Positions 25,986-38,766 of a stretch of 64,000 bases of DNA are shown piece by piece. Source of the DNA: Eledone cirrhosa. Its lineage: Eukaryota. Both the position numbers and the translations under genes were made by a program. The stretch is from assembly GCA_964016885.1 (NCBI GenBank), contig OZ024745.1:74586001-74650000 (forward strand). Reading direction: 5' to 3'. Position 1 is the first letter of the stretch, and each line of letters opens with the position of its first letter. The notes beneath the pieces are model-generated. The model saw only the letters and a list, made by a program, of their open reading frames with translations, ran no database searches and was not told where the DNA came from.

Positions 25986-27125
25986 TAATGCGTGGTAGCT
26001 ATGTAACAATTAGATTCATAATGATTGCAACTTCCTAAATACTACACACACTGCCACAAATTTAAGTTTACTCCATTATTGTATTGGTTCTATTGAAGTT
26101 TGAAAGAATAAGAGAATTAGAAACTTTAGTAGTTATTGATACATTTATGTGTTATCAATCTATGATTTTCGCTAGTTAGCTTTGTAATAAAATAGTACTA
26201 AAAGAAAGTATTTTCTGTAAATGCATCAAACATTTTGTAATACATCGTACAAAACCACATCTACGTTAGGATTAATGCAGGCAAATCAATATAAAACAGC
26301 ACTGGAAAATTACAGAAAATGGCAATAGGGCTGGCACCTAAAAGAGTTACGTAGAACCTCTCTTGAAGTCATTTGACTATCAGTGACATGTTTAATGTTA
26401 TTGATTCCTTACCTATATTTATCTCCATTACTAAAATGTTTTCATAAAATACTAACTCAATTGCAGACTAACCTTCCATTAGACAGAATATAAATATATC
26501 AAAAGTAATCCCCATTTGTCTATTTTACAAAATCTCCCAAAACACAGCGTTCACCAAAATATAGAATAAGTTATGTGAAAATTGCAGTATAAGTCGATCA
26601 CTTTTCTAAAAGACATTAAAGGATAATCGACAAAACGAATAAACAAGTTAAATGTTAGGCATTATATTATTTATAATATTAGATATAAAAATTGTAAAAC
26701 ATAATAAACAACACTATTCACGTTCTTAAAACTAAAATGAAATACTTAAGATTACAACTAAGTAGATGTGACCAAATCATAAATGGAGGTTAAGGGACAA
26801 ATAGATCTATCCCTATCCTTTTAAGTTCTGAAAGATTGTTTAAATTAAGAACACTGCTTTTATATTGTTTAACTTTAAATCACTCAGTGTCTAATGTAAA
26901 ATCATTATCTTTATGTATTCATCTTATCCTCTCTTAATAACGCATATTTACTTATATATGCTTATAAATATTTTTTTGTACCAACATATTGTAAACACAC
27001 ACACACACACACACACACATATCAACATATATATGAATATATATACATATATATGGTATAATTGCACCAATACCAATAGTAACTTTTGAGATACTCTGTA
27101 TATATATTCTATTACCATTACAAGG

Positions 27126-27210
27126 GGTCTGACGAGTCGCGGATTACAGAGTCAGGTCAGATCGATACAGATCGAACCTTGAGCTGATCGGTGGCGAAAC
27201 GCACGTCACC
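27126..27210 (+). ncRNA. Type I hammerhead ribozyme
   Basis: Stem I GGT/ACC; CTGACGA (27129-27135); stem II GTCGC/GTGGC with a 50-nt loop; GAAA (27196-27199); minimal stem III ACG-CA-CGT; triplet GTC (27205-27207); AATAAA at 27215. Confidence 0.8.
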
Positions 27211-27365
27211 AACCAATAAACCTAATGAAGGAGTAACCAATCGTCCTTGTTATTTTATTTCACTATAATACACTCTGTCTAGCTCTACACCTCGACACTG
27301 AAGTGAACCTAAACACCGAGTGCTCACCCGGGTGAACCTACAGTAACTACAAGTTACACTCCCTG

Positions 27366-27425
<60 letters not shown>

Positions 27426-27989
27426 TAGTAATAATAATAAATTTGAAGACTAAAATCCAAAGAGGGCTCGATAAGGATAAATATATATCAAATATATAAG
27501 AACCGTAGAGCAAATATTTATTAAAATAACAGATTAAAGTTTAAGCTAAGAATCGCTGCTTTCACCCTTAACGGGATCTTCTGAAACTAAAAAAATCAAT
27601 CTGTGAACGCAGAAGTAAATATTTCGAAAAACGTTGCAACCAAAGGAAGACAGGAAGACAATACTTTGGTTCGTGGAGACGTTCCCTGGCAAAGAACGGA
27701 AAAAACGAAGATAATACGTCATTATTTGGAGCGGTGAGAACAATTACACGCAATGACAAAACCACGTTTATGGTATAAATGAAGTCGTAGACTAATATTC
27801 TATTAGGTGGTTTGTGGAGACGAAAGAATGATGAATATAAATCAATAAAAAGAATATACTAAAGTATACTAACCATTCAGTAAGAGTACGTTTCGCTATA
27901 ATAAGTGAAGAATCCATATTGTAGATGTAGTTCATCGGTGGGTGCCTAGCAATATGATCAACACTTCTAAAGTATGTTGTATGGTTGAT

Positions 27990-28450
27990 GTAGAGAGCGG
28001 GAATAGAGTGAGAGGATTGATAGAGATAAGTATTAATAGATATAGAGAGAGGGAAAGTTTGGTAGTGATGAATAGAGTGAGAGGGAACGAGTGTGTTGTA
28101 TGGTAGATATAGAGAGGGAGATAGTTTGGTGTTAATTGATATAGGGAGGAGGTTGGGAGAGAGTTCTGTGTAGTAGATATAGCGAGGGGGAGAGTTTGGT
28201 TTTAATTGATATAGAGAGGGGTATTGGAAGAGAGCACCGTGTAGTAGATATAGACAGAGGGATTGGGAGAGGTAAGTGTAGATATTTATAGAGAGTGAGT
28301 GAGTGTGTTAGTCTTAGACATAGAGAGTGGGATAAGAGAGGCAGTGTCGTGGTAGATATAGAGAGGAGTAGAGTTTGGTTTTAGTAGATACGGCGAGGGG
28401 GATTGAAAGAGAGTTTTGTGTGATAGACATAGAGAGGAGGAGAGTTTGGT
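27990..28450. repeat. Purine-rich degenerate tandem repeat
   Basis: Recurrent TAGATATAGAGAGGG...AGTTTGGT units of about 30-35 bp. Confidence 0.75.
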
Positions 28451-28452
28451 GG

Positions 28453-28598
28453 CACTCTCGGGTCCCAAATAGTAGGAGGGGTGGTAATAATGGGCGGGGA
28501 GCTTGGGAAATCGGAGATAGATTAGCAAAATTTAATAATCGGGGATCTGACAAATTAATAAGCGGGGGGTGGGGACAATTATTCAAGACCTGAGAGTA
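28453..28598. mobile_element. Short MITE
   Basis: Imperfect TIRs ACTCTCGGGTCCCAAATA / TATTCAAGACCTGAGAGTA; same family as 47733-48024. Confidence 0.6.
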
Positions 28599-28791
28599 CG
28601 TGAATTATGGACATATGTAAGAATGAAAACTCAATACCACAGTAGAGTTTAAATATTCATTTATAATGGCTAAACCTTGTTACTCTGGAGTCTCACCTGC
28701 GTACTCACAAGATCATCAGACAAGACAGGTGATCCTGTGAGTGCGCAAGTGTAACTTTAGAGTAACAAAGATCACTAATAACCACAATAAA

Positions 28792-28869
<78 letters not shown>

Positions 28870-28982
28870 AGATGAATAAATTGGGTATGATACCAGTTAC
28901 TTAACAAATACGAAGAAACTCGATATATTAACCCCTTATGAAAAGACACAGAGCATAAAGATTTTTTAATTATATAAATATG

Positions 28983-29220
28983 CAGTGGCGGTGGATATGA
29001 GGAGGGGGGCATGCCACCCTCCAATAATTATATTTTGTCCCCAAACTACCAAAACACACAACTATTTGGATTTGCGCTACAATTTATGTACATGTTATGT
29101 TTATGGCATATCGAAGTTTTCTGACCATTTTGGAGTGCAAAGAGCTAAACTAATCACTACAACTAAAGCGTCCAAATTTGCCCCCACGCATCCCATTCAG
29201 AAATGCTTCCACCGCCCATG
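28983..29220. mobile_element. hAT-like MITE
   Basis: Imperfect TIRs CAGTGGCGGTGGA / TCCACCGCCCATG; TSD obscured by the TA-rich flanks. Confidence 0.45.
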
Positions 29221-29250
29221 ATATATATATTATGTATGTGTATACGTGTG

Positions 29251-29299
<49 letters not shown>

Positions 29300-29709
29300 T
29301 TATTTGTGTTTCTCTGTGTTTGTGTATTCGTGCGGGCGTGTTGGTCCAGGACAAATGACTGCAGCCAACTCGCTCTGGATATAGAGAATTAGCCAACTCA
29401 CTGTGATATAGCAACAATTTTGATAAAAATTGTTGCTAAGAAAACACAGAGATTCGTAAGTGGGAATGATCTCTTGACATGTATCCGTTGAATTAGAAAA
29501 ATAGTAATTGAAGACTCGATATCTTTCTTCTACCGCTCCAGGAGCCCGTATGTCATGAGCAAATTAGTTCCGAAAAATATTCACAAGGTACCAGAAGTTA
29601 TTTCATAAAAACAAAAACAATATGTACATGTACACACATACGTATGTATCTAAATGTGTGTTTGTCCACCATTATGAATACGCTGACTTTCTGAAAGACA
29701 GGTTCGAAG

Positions 29710-30236
29710 TACAGTTGTTTGAGTCAATTTTGGTACTGGATCACCAGAAAATATTCGTGACAACAGCATTTGGAAATGAAGGAAACTCATCAAATTTCAG
29801 TTTCAATAATGAATTTGTATGATCGTGATTTTTTTTTGTTCACTAGAACGAAATGGGTCTATAAATGCGAGTGTGCCATCTTTGAGAAAATCTCGCAAAC
29901 TACTTGCAATAGCCCATCGTGTTCTAACTAATTTTGTAATATTCCCATTAATCTCAGTGTGGAAAACTGAATCAAAACCCCATTTACTGAGAAATGAACA
30001 GTTATAATTTAATCTTGAATGTATTGACATCATTTACTAATTTTGGAAACACTTCTTTTGGAAAAACGTTCTTGCCCTGCAGCTTCATATTAAGAACATT
30101 GAAATTGGTTAGTTTCATCAACTAAGCATACTAAATCGAAATTTCTAAATGTCATCACATAACAGGGGGTTTTTATCGAGCAGCACATTTTTCTCTTTTT
30201 GAAAAATAAGAACAGTATTTTTCAATTTCCAAAATC
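29710..30236 (-). mobile_element. Degraded hAT (Buster/SPIN-like) transposase fragment
   Basis: Frameshifted PLLCDD..FDLVCLVDETNQFNVLNMKLQGKN resembles the hAT DLAFLVDIT.HLN.LN..LQGK motif. Confidence 0.45.
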
Positions 30237-30329
30237 TTCTCAGAACATGTCTTTTAGAAAGCCGGCGTACTCACAATAGTGGATAAACATACATATTTAG
30301 ATACGTATGTATGTACACACATACATGCA

Positions 30330-30490
30330 TGCATACATACATACATACATACATACATACATACATACATACATACATACATACATACATACACACACAC
30401 ATACATACATACATACATACATACATACATACATACATACATACATACATACATACATACATACATACATACATACATACATACATACAT
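30330..30490. repeat. (TACA)n microsatellite
   Basis: Direct reading; similar tracts at 32077-32190 and 32550-32621. Confidence 0.97.
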
Positions 30491-31452
30491 GTATATCCTT
30501 TTTAATTAAATAACTTTTGATGTACGATAAATTGTTTAAATGACAATTACGGATTAAAGAAAATGTTCCAAAGTATTGAGAACGAGAGAAGGAAATTAAA
30601 AAAAGGGAGAGAGAGAAATACATAGCTATAGAAATAGAGAGTTACTTTTAACAACAGCGGAGCTTCTGGGAAAAAGGAAGGGAATGAGAAAGAGGAAGAG
30701 ATATAAAAGAGAAATAGATAGCAATAGAGAGAGAAAGCAAATGATAAATGAAAGTGAATGGGTAATGTGAAGTGAGGCAGCATGGGAGGAACAAACGATT
30801 GTTACATAACAGAGAGAAAAGGACATGCACACAAAGTTTTAGAAATATATATTAGATGTCGGTAGATTCTTCTAAAGCTTTATATATATAAAAATTAAAA
30901 AAAAGCATAGCTATATTGCGAGAGGGGTTTTCAGTACGTTTCTTAATTGTTTGCTTTGACAGCAATTTCATCTATTTTTCTTTCTATATTTTTATCACAA
31001 TATGCCTTACAAATATTTGGAGTCAAAGACTAAAGGTTTCTTCCCCATCAGAGAAAGGCTTTCATTTTTTAGCCAACGCTAAAGCAATTTTATAGGACGC
31101 TGCTTTCAAGAAATATATTTTGTCTTTTTTATTATTTCGTCCTTTTCTTGGATCACATATTTTTTTCTGTAACCCAGGCCCATCACTAACTTCAGTTTTC
31201 CTTCTATTTTAGTCAGATGTATTTCGTAGGGTCATTTAAGATTGTGTCTTCAGTTATGTGAGAAAATATTTTCACAAACAATGGAAAACGGTTTTCCCAC
31301 TATTCATCCAATTGACGATTATTATCAGTTTCTGTTTTTTTCCCTTTTAATCATGTTTTCCAATGTGATGTGTAAAGTGAGGCAGGCTTAATTTTCGAAA
31401 AAAAATAAGAGATAAACCGCAAATATTCTTGACCTTGGAGCTGTACGTACTT

Positions 31453-32075
31453 ACATACATACATGGTGGCTGCCAACTCGTTTTCGAGTACGGCCACTAC
31501 TTTATATCCATGTAGGAGAACCCCCTACCGATGCGCTGAACGAGTGTGACTTTTTAGTCCAGCCAGCGACTTGAAAACTCTGGTACAAACACTACACTTG
31601 TAACAATTATTGACACATAGTGCTGGGCCCATGGTACCATGTGACGACAAATGCAGAGAGATCTCCAGATATAAAGCAATGCCTGTGCCGTGAAGCTTTT
31701 ATAGTGAGCAAAGGCACTGCACAAAGCCAGTCCCACTCTCTTAACCAAGATGATATTTACCAAAAAGAAGAACAAGTCAACATCATTGGATACCATCAGG
31801 GTTGCAGGTGTTATATCAGAGTTTTCCTTCTCCTAGAATTCTGCCTTGACAAAGGCTAAGGGGTCATCTCTCCCGGTGATTTTGGATGGCCATTGACTCT
31901 TAAGAGCTCCTTTGCCCTTTGACAGGTTTTGTTTTTAGTCCTGCAGGATGTCCAAAGTCACACTCCTCACCAAGAAACCTTGGTAGGGTTGCCAGTTTAG
32001 TCGCCAACGACCCGACCATGAGACAGGTTGTACTGGGATACATGTTACCAGTAGCACCAAGTTGTGACCTGACCT
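31453..32075 (-). mobile_element. Non-autonomous RTE-derived element, copy 1
   Basis: Near-identical to 32617-33236; 3' part encodes the C2H2 finger CSVCTRVFKSLAGLKSHTRSAH; (ATGT)n at both ends. Confidence 0.75.
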
Positions 32076-32616
32076 ATACATACATACATACATACATACA
32101 TACATACATACATACATACATACATACATACATACATACATACATACATACATACATACATACATACATACATACATACATACATACATACACTCAATAC
32201 AAATCTTGAGAAGCTAGACTTCACAGGAACAGAAAGAACACAACTGTTAGGAAATTACAAGTACAATCCATTAATGGAACAGTAAAAATATGTAAAACAT
32301 TCCAAACATTTTGCATCTAATAACTGCATATACACATGTACAGATACAAAGCATATACACATGCACACATACAACTCAAAACATACACATCCACACATAC
32401 AATAACATCCATATCTACATATGCATGCATGCATACATAATCTACCTAGTTGATGTTGTGTAAATTCCAATGAGAGAGTCTTGTGTCTATGTTAGAAACC
32501 GACTCTCTCTTTATTGGGAACAAATTTGTGAAATTATAAAACCAGAAGAACATACATACATACATACATACATACATACATACATACATACATACATACA
32601 TACATACATACATACA

Positions 32617-33236
32617 TACATGGTGGTGGCTGCCAACTCGTTTTCGAGTACGGCCACTACTTTATATCCATGTAGGAGAACCCCTACCAATGCGCTGAAC
32701 GAGTGTGACTTTTTAGTCCAGCCAGCGACTTGAAAACTCTGGTACAGACACTACACTTGTGACAATTATTGACACATAGTGCTGGGCCCATGGTACCATG
32801 TGACGACAAGTGCAGAGAGATCTCCAGATATAAAGCAATGCCTGTGCCGTGAAGCTTTTATAGTGAGCAAAGGCACTGCACAAAGCCAGTCCCACTCTCT
32901 TAACCAAGATGATATTTACCAAAAAGAAGAACAAGTCAACATCATTGGATACCATCAGGGTTGCAGGAGTTATATCAGAGTTTTCCTCCTCCTAGAATTC
33001 TGCCTTGACAAAGGCTAAGGGGTCATCTCTCCCGGTGATTTTGGATGGCTATTGACTCTTAAGAGCCCCTTTGCCTTTTGACAGGTTTTGTTTTTAGTCC
33101 TGCAGGATGTCCAAAGCCACCCTCCTCACCAAGAAACCTTGGTGGGGTTGCCAGTTTAGTCGCCAACGAACCGACCATGAGACAGGTTGTACTGGGATAC
33201 ATGTTACCAGTAGCACCAACGGCTGGTGACCTGACA
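32617..33236 (-). mobile_element. Non-autonomous RTE-derived element, copy 2
   Basis: Direct repeat of copy 1, about 1.16 kb away; C2H2 finger at 32690-32755. Confidence 0.75.
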
Positions 33237-33587
33237 CATACATACATACATACATACATACATACATTGACATACGAAACACCGTATGCCAATACGGTTC
33301 CCCAACGACTCCCTCGGGAGTTACGGGACCATGCAAAAATCTGTCTTTATTTTTATCCTTTTTGCATTCATTCTTTCTTTTTTTTTCGGAACTGACCTTA
33401 ACGACAAGGAGCTGATTGATTTCTTTGATCTCGTTCTATCGAGGCTATACTTTGAGGTGGTGGGGACGACAACTTTATGTGAACAAATGTTTTGTAACCT
33501 CTGTTGTGTGATACTCATTGTGTAAAATCCTTGTGGATCATAAAAATAGATTGTTGATGTTGATGATGATGAAGATGATGATAAAGT

Positions 33588-33707
33588 TTCTGCTGCTGTT
33601 GTTTGTGAAGAACGAATGTCTTTAACACAACTTCCCATCATTTCATATATTGCAGATACTATATCCTTCATTTCGTCTTTTGTAATTATTAAATGCCCAT
33701 TGAAGTC
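33588..33707 (-). pseudogene. Fragment of a neuronal calcium sensor (KChIP/NCS family) EF-hand 3 region
   Basis: DFNGHLIITKDEMKDIVSAIYEMMGSCV...TTAAE resembles KChIP [27 protein letters not shown]; no convincing splice sites or further exons found. Confidence 0.55.
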
Positions 33708-35837
33708 TTTCTTGTAATGTACCTCGAGATATAACTGACAGGACCTTGACAAATTCCTGACAAGCATAAGATAAAGAAATTAATATGTACAATGATAACT
33801 CTTTCTAATAATGTATGATTTATTTACAACTACAACTCTGGAGAAGAATTTTATTCACCAGGTCTTACTTGATGAAAGAAGCGTTTCACTTATTTTGCCA
33901 ATAAATGGCACTGGAACACATAAGCGTCCACCTCGTTGCCGTGCGGACGGAATCGTATTTTCATATATTTAATAGTTTTTAGATTTTTGCAAAATATTGT
34001 TTATGGAAGATTAAGTATGACTTTTTCTGTGGAAGAGGAATGAGGCGCTAGCTGCAAGCCTCGTAAAAACGAATAGTCTCCTAAAACAGTTTAAACATAA
34101 CGGATTTGAAAAAGACAACAGAAAATAATTGTTTCTACTTTAGGCACAAGGCCAGCAATTACCCAGTGCATTACTGGTACTAATTGAACAAGCAGATGCA
34201 GACATTTTTAATTTACGAAATACAAATTTAAAAAGGTAGCGATAGCTTTAAGAAACTTAATAATAAATGAAGCAATGGTATTTCTAGCATTACGAACCAA
34301 GGAGAGTTGCTGAATTTTGGGAAGTTCTTGGATGCCAAAATTAAAATGGAGAAGGTATGTGACAAAAGACAGCACCTCCAATATATTAATCGAGAATGAG
34401 AGTAACTCATATAACCCCCAAAACGGAGAGAGCTTTCATTTGGCTTCAAAGGAACAATTGGGAGAGATAGTATGGCCTAATGATTTCCGAAGATCACAAG
34501 GTTATCTATGAGTTATGGGAGCAAAGAAGAAGACAACCAGATTGGCGGTACAGGGCAGAAAGGAGAAGCCGAAGAAGAGAGCAGATGAAAAAAGTGAGCT
34601 GAGAACAGTGAACAACAATAAAAGCTGCAATAATAATAGTAGACCACAAAAGCTGTTCCCAGAACACCACAGGCTGCAACTCCGACGATAGCAAAAGAAA
34701 TCGCTCGTTCTCAGTGCCAAGAGCTGGCGATAAAGCAAAACACTAAGAAATCAAATGGTCTCTTCCCTTGTCCACAACTAGTAGTACAACCCCATCGCCT
34801 TAAAAACTAGGAAGATGTGGCAAACTATCAGGAACAGCCAACAACAACAACAAAAGAAATAAGGAAAAAAGAAGAAAGTATTAATTCAAATTAAAATCAA
34901 GTAAAACACACAAGGCCAGGCTTAAAATGCCCAAGAAACGCCGTATGTCAATACAGCGCCCCTACGACTACATCAGGAATTATGGGACTAAAAGAAAGAA
35001 AAAAGAAAACACAAGGATGAATCCATTTTCTCCTGAAACTACATAAAATTCAGTTCTTTGAATTTTTCTAGGTGGTCTTCCCCCTACTGAGTAATTTTTC
35101 TTGTTTTTTTTTTGTTGATTTCGAGATCTGTAGTGAGAGTCGCCTCCCTTGTTATGACGCCAAGTCAAAGCGTTGCCTTTGCTAAGGGACAGTTGGACTG
35201 CGGCCTCCGAACTGATAATATCCGCCTAGGGACCCCCATCAAAGGGCCTAGGGATGGACATGCATTCCAATCCTTTCTTACTGCTGTTTGCTAACATATA
35301 GCTCCAGGTATGAACTAACATTTATGCACACACCAATCCATCAATAAAACAATTGTTACGTTGATAAGCTCTGTTGTTTTTACTCTGATACCAATGCATA
35401 CACTACCAATAACTTCCAGTAAATTCAATGGAGTCATAACATATAAAAAATAGAAGATATTCCCATCGGACATTGACTAGCTATCCTATATAACTGGTGA
35501 CCCTGTCCTTCTGAAACCGATGACCATATATCTTCTAAAGATATTTTACTGGCTGTAAATCCCATTCTGTTGTAACTCGTGCTTGTAATGTTCCCAATGT
35601 GTTCAGCCCGTATGGCCAATAAAAGAACCCGTTGTTATTATTGGCCGGTGGATTGACAGTACTCGGTAGAGCGTCAGACAACATGCTTTGCGGCATATAG
35701 TTACGACCCTTTACGTTCTGAGTTCAAATCCCAGCGAGTTTGGGATTACAGAATTTAACCTTGTTACTTTATATTCTAAATTCAAATCCCAGAAATGTTG
35801 ATTTTACAAACCAAAACCAATACCAGCTGTACATTAA

Positions 35838-36092
35838 CCCTTTTATGCTCAACCGCCTGAAACCGCCTCTGGTTCTTTGATACAAAACTGTTTATTTTCA
35901 AATGTTTATATTTACCTTAAAAGATTTTTCCGTCTTAATTTTATGTAGCAACATTTGTTAAGTTATACTACAAACAACTTAATAATGAGAAACTTAGTTA
36001 TATTAATAAATCACACAAAATACTTTACTATTTTCGTAATGATCGGAAAATAATAGACAGTGTCTTTCATTAGAAATATGGTAATGAAAGGG
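35838..36092. mobile_element. piggyBac-type MITE inserted in a SINE remnant
   Basis: TTAA|CCCTTT ... AAAGGG|TTAA; a degenerate relative lies at about 51061-51275. Confidence 0.7.
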
Positions 36093-37169
36093 TTAAGGTC
36101 GATAGAATTGACTAATATCTGCATTCTGTATAAATTTGAGGTCATAATCGAAACTAACCGTCTGCCATAAATATCACTTTCGACATTGTTAATACTTCCC
36201 CATTATCTCCAACTCTACACAACCTTCAATTACGAGCTAAATTTAACTTTCTTTGTTTCTTGTTTTCTATTTTCTTTTTCCTATGCTTTTCACATTTTCT
36301 TTCTATCATTTCCTCAGCACACAACTGTCCACGTTAAACATGTTAGACTTTGGTCAAGAATATTAAAATAGATATTTCCAGCATATGTATGGTTGGATGG
36401 GCTTATACCTCCTGATGGAGTCGTGGAGGCACCATAGAGACATACTTGGGCATTTAAACCTGGCGGAACCCATTTTCTCTCCAGGTCAGAACACAGCCGA
36501 TTTCTTCCAGAGAAGGGGTGGGGGTGTGAGAAAGAAATGTAGATGAAGAATCAACTGAACTGGTCACTTTTTTTATCGACCTCGAAAGAATGAAAGGCAA
36601 CGCTGACCTCGGCAGGATTTGAACTCAGAGCGCAGAGACCCGAACAAATATTTCAAAGCATTCTATCATTCTATCTGACGTTCTAATGACTGCCAATTCA
36701 CCATAGTGTGTGTGTGTGTGTGTGTTTTGCGCTGATGTGTAGGTTTGTGTCTGGACACATAGTATAACTGCTTAGAGTAGGAAAAATTTCTTAAGTTAAA
36801 CACCTTGTATTTGTGGATATCCTTTTATTGGAAAATCTATTAGAATGCGAGTAAGAAGGGAGGAAGCGCGTGCTGCTGTACCAGTTAGCTCCTCATCAAC
36901 AAACTTGCTCTTAAAGAAGCAAAGCAACATCGCCAAAATGTACTAACTGTATGGTTGAACTGTAAGAAGGAGTCCTTCTCTAGTGGTTACATGAATTATT
37001 TTGCAAACTTCTCTTGGTGACGAACACCACTAAGAATACTCGGGTAATATATATATATATATATGGAAGATATCAAGAACGTGTAGCTTGTATCCAGTAG
37101 AGTGCCCATTCTCTTCCCTATACAGCAATGTTGGTATTACAACTATTTTGTAGACTAATTTTGGCTGTC

Positions 37170-37330
37170 GTTCCTCTGGTGTACTTTGCACCCGCACTGT
37201 CGATTTCCTTCGCAAAATCGGAAAGACAGCAGCCCACCAGAACCACATGAGACGGGGTGGATGTTGCAGCAGGTGTCGCTGGCCATTCTCCGTGGCAATA
37301 CCTTTGCCATTTTAACTGCGGAGCACGGCT
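37170..37330 (+). mobile_element. CRE-type non-LTR element 3' fragment
   Basis: SSGVLCTRTVDFLRKIG, then after a frameshift ETGWMLQQVSLAILRGNTFAIL; homologous to 17582-17750. Confidence 0.6.
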
Positions 37331-38546
37331 AAATCACCGCTCAGACAGGGGTATAGAGTCTGTCCCTCCCGTCCCTTTCTTCGTTCCGTAATTCTTTTTC
37401 TTCTTTCCATTTCCTTTTAATGTCTATTCTTTAATTGTGACGGTGGTGGATTGGCAGCAATCGGTAGAGCGTCGAACAACATGGTTTGCGGCATATAGTT
37501 ACGTCCTTTTACATTCTGAGTTCAAATCCCGCCGAGCTTAACTTTGGAGAGAAAAAAAAAGAGAGAGAGAGAGAGAGAGATACCAAAAAAGGGTCGGTAT
37601 GGGAGCAGCCAACCACTACATCTTAGCTGGGTGATATGAATTTTGAAACCGTTCGATTGACTGGAATCGGCTTTTGTCCCCTCAAAGTGTTATCGCAAAA
37701 AATCTCTAGTTTGCCAGTCTCTCTAGACTAACTGGTGTCAATTTGGGACAAAGAAAAACTGAACATCTATGTGCTACAAGGTCAGCATGTGGTGACACTG
37801 AACTACTTTGCCAAGAGTTCAAATTACTGTTACATACGTACGTAAGTATCTCTGTGTGTGCATGAGTGTGCGCGCGCACGTGTTTACGTGTATGTGTGTG
37901 TGTGCGCGCGTGGGCGAACGTCACAAGAACATATTGATGATAAACAAGTAGACATTTTTTATGTACTGCTTCTCCATTGGAAAATTTAGGAAATGACATC
38001 AAATAAAGCCAAGCTAAGAACTTTGCTGTTATGCCATAGCTCCAACATATCTAGAAATTAAATATCAGCTAACAGATAAAAGTTAGATTGCATCAAATAT
38101 TGTTTCCTTGTATTTCTTGCCAAATATGTCTGCCAAACCTTTACTGTGAACACTGTAATAAACCATTTTGCCAGCAGCACATTCTACACTAAATGTCTCA
38201 GACACTTACTTATTATACACTACTGTGGCACCATAACTTATTCGAATAGGCTATGTAGCCGGTAAACCCTAAAGGGACGCAACACATATCGCTATAGAGT
38301 TTCACCAGCCCTTCCTTCTATTGTCTGTATCTGCTTATGTATTTACGTGTTGATGTGTGTGTATGTAACTAAAGCGTAACACGTTTCGAATGGACAACTA
38401 AATGATTTTAACTTGTTTTTTAACAATTGATGGTGGAAAAGATTTCAAATTGCCTTAACAATTGCTTTCACTCGGGCTGTAACTCTTGGTGTCTGACACT
38501 CTTACTGGCCACATAGCCTCTTCCTAACTTATTGTGCAGAGGAAAA

Positions 38547-38766
38547 GGGCGGTGGATTGGCAGTAATCGATAGAGCGTTGGACACCATGCTTTGTGGCAT
38601 AGTTACATCTCTTTATGTTCTGAGTTCAAATCCCACTGAGCTTAGCTTTGCCTTTCATCCTTATGGGGTCAATAAAATAAAGTACCAGTCACACACTGGG
38701 TTAGATTTAATCGAGTTTCCCCCTCCCCTAAAGTTATTGGCCTTGTGCCTAAATCAGAATCCATTA
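38547..38766 (+). mobile_element. Family A SINE
   Basis: GGCGGTGGATTGGCAGTAATCGATAGAG...GAGTTCAAATCCC...GCCTTTCATCC...GGCCTTGTGCC. Other partial copies at about 35643, 36560, 37440, 50033, 50943, 52590 and 54692. Confidence 0.88.

Noticed and set aside
31210-31258. Minus-strand CTGAAGA...GAAA as a further hammerhead
   Set aside because: No stem II or stem I complementarity.
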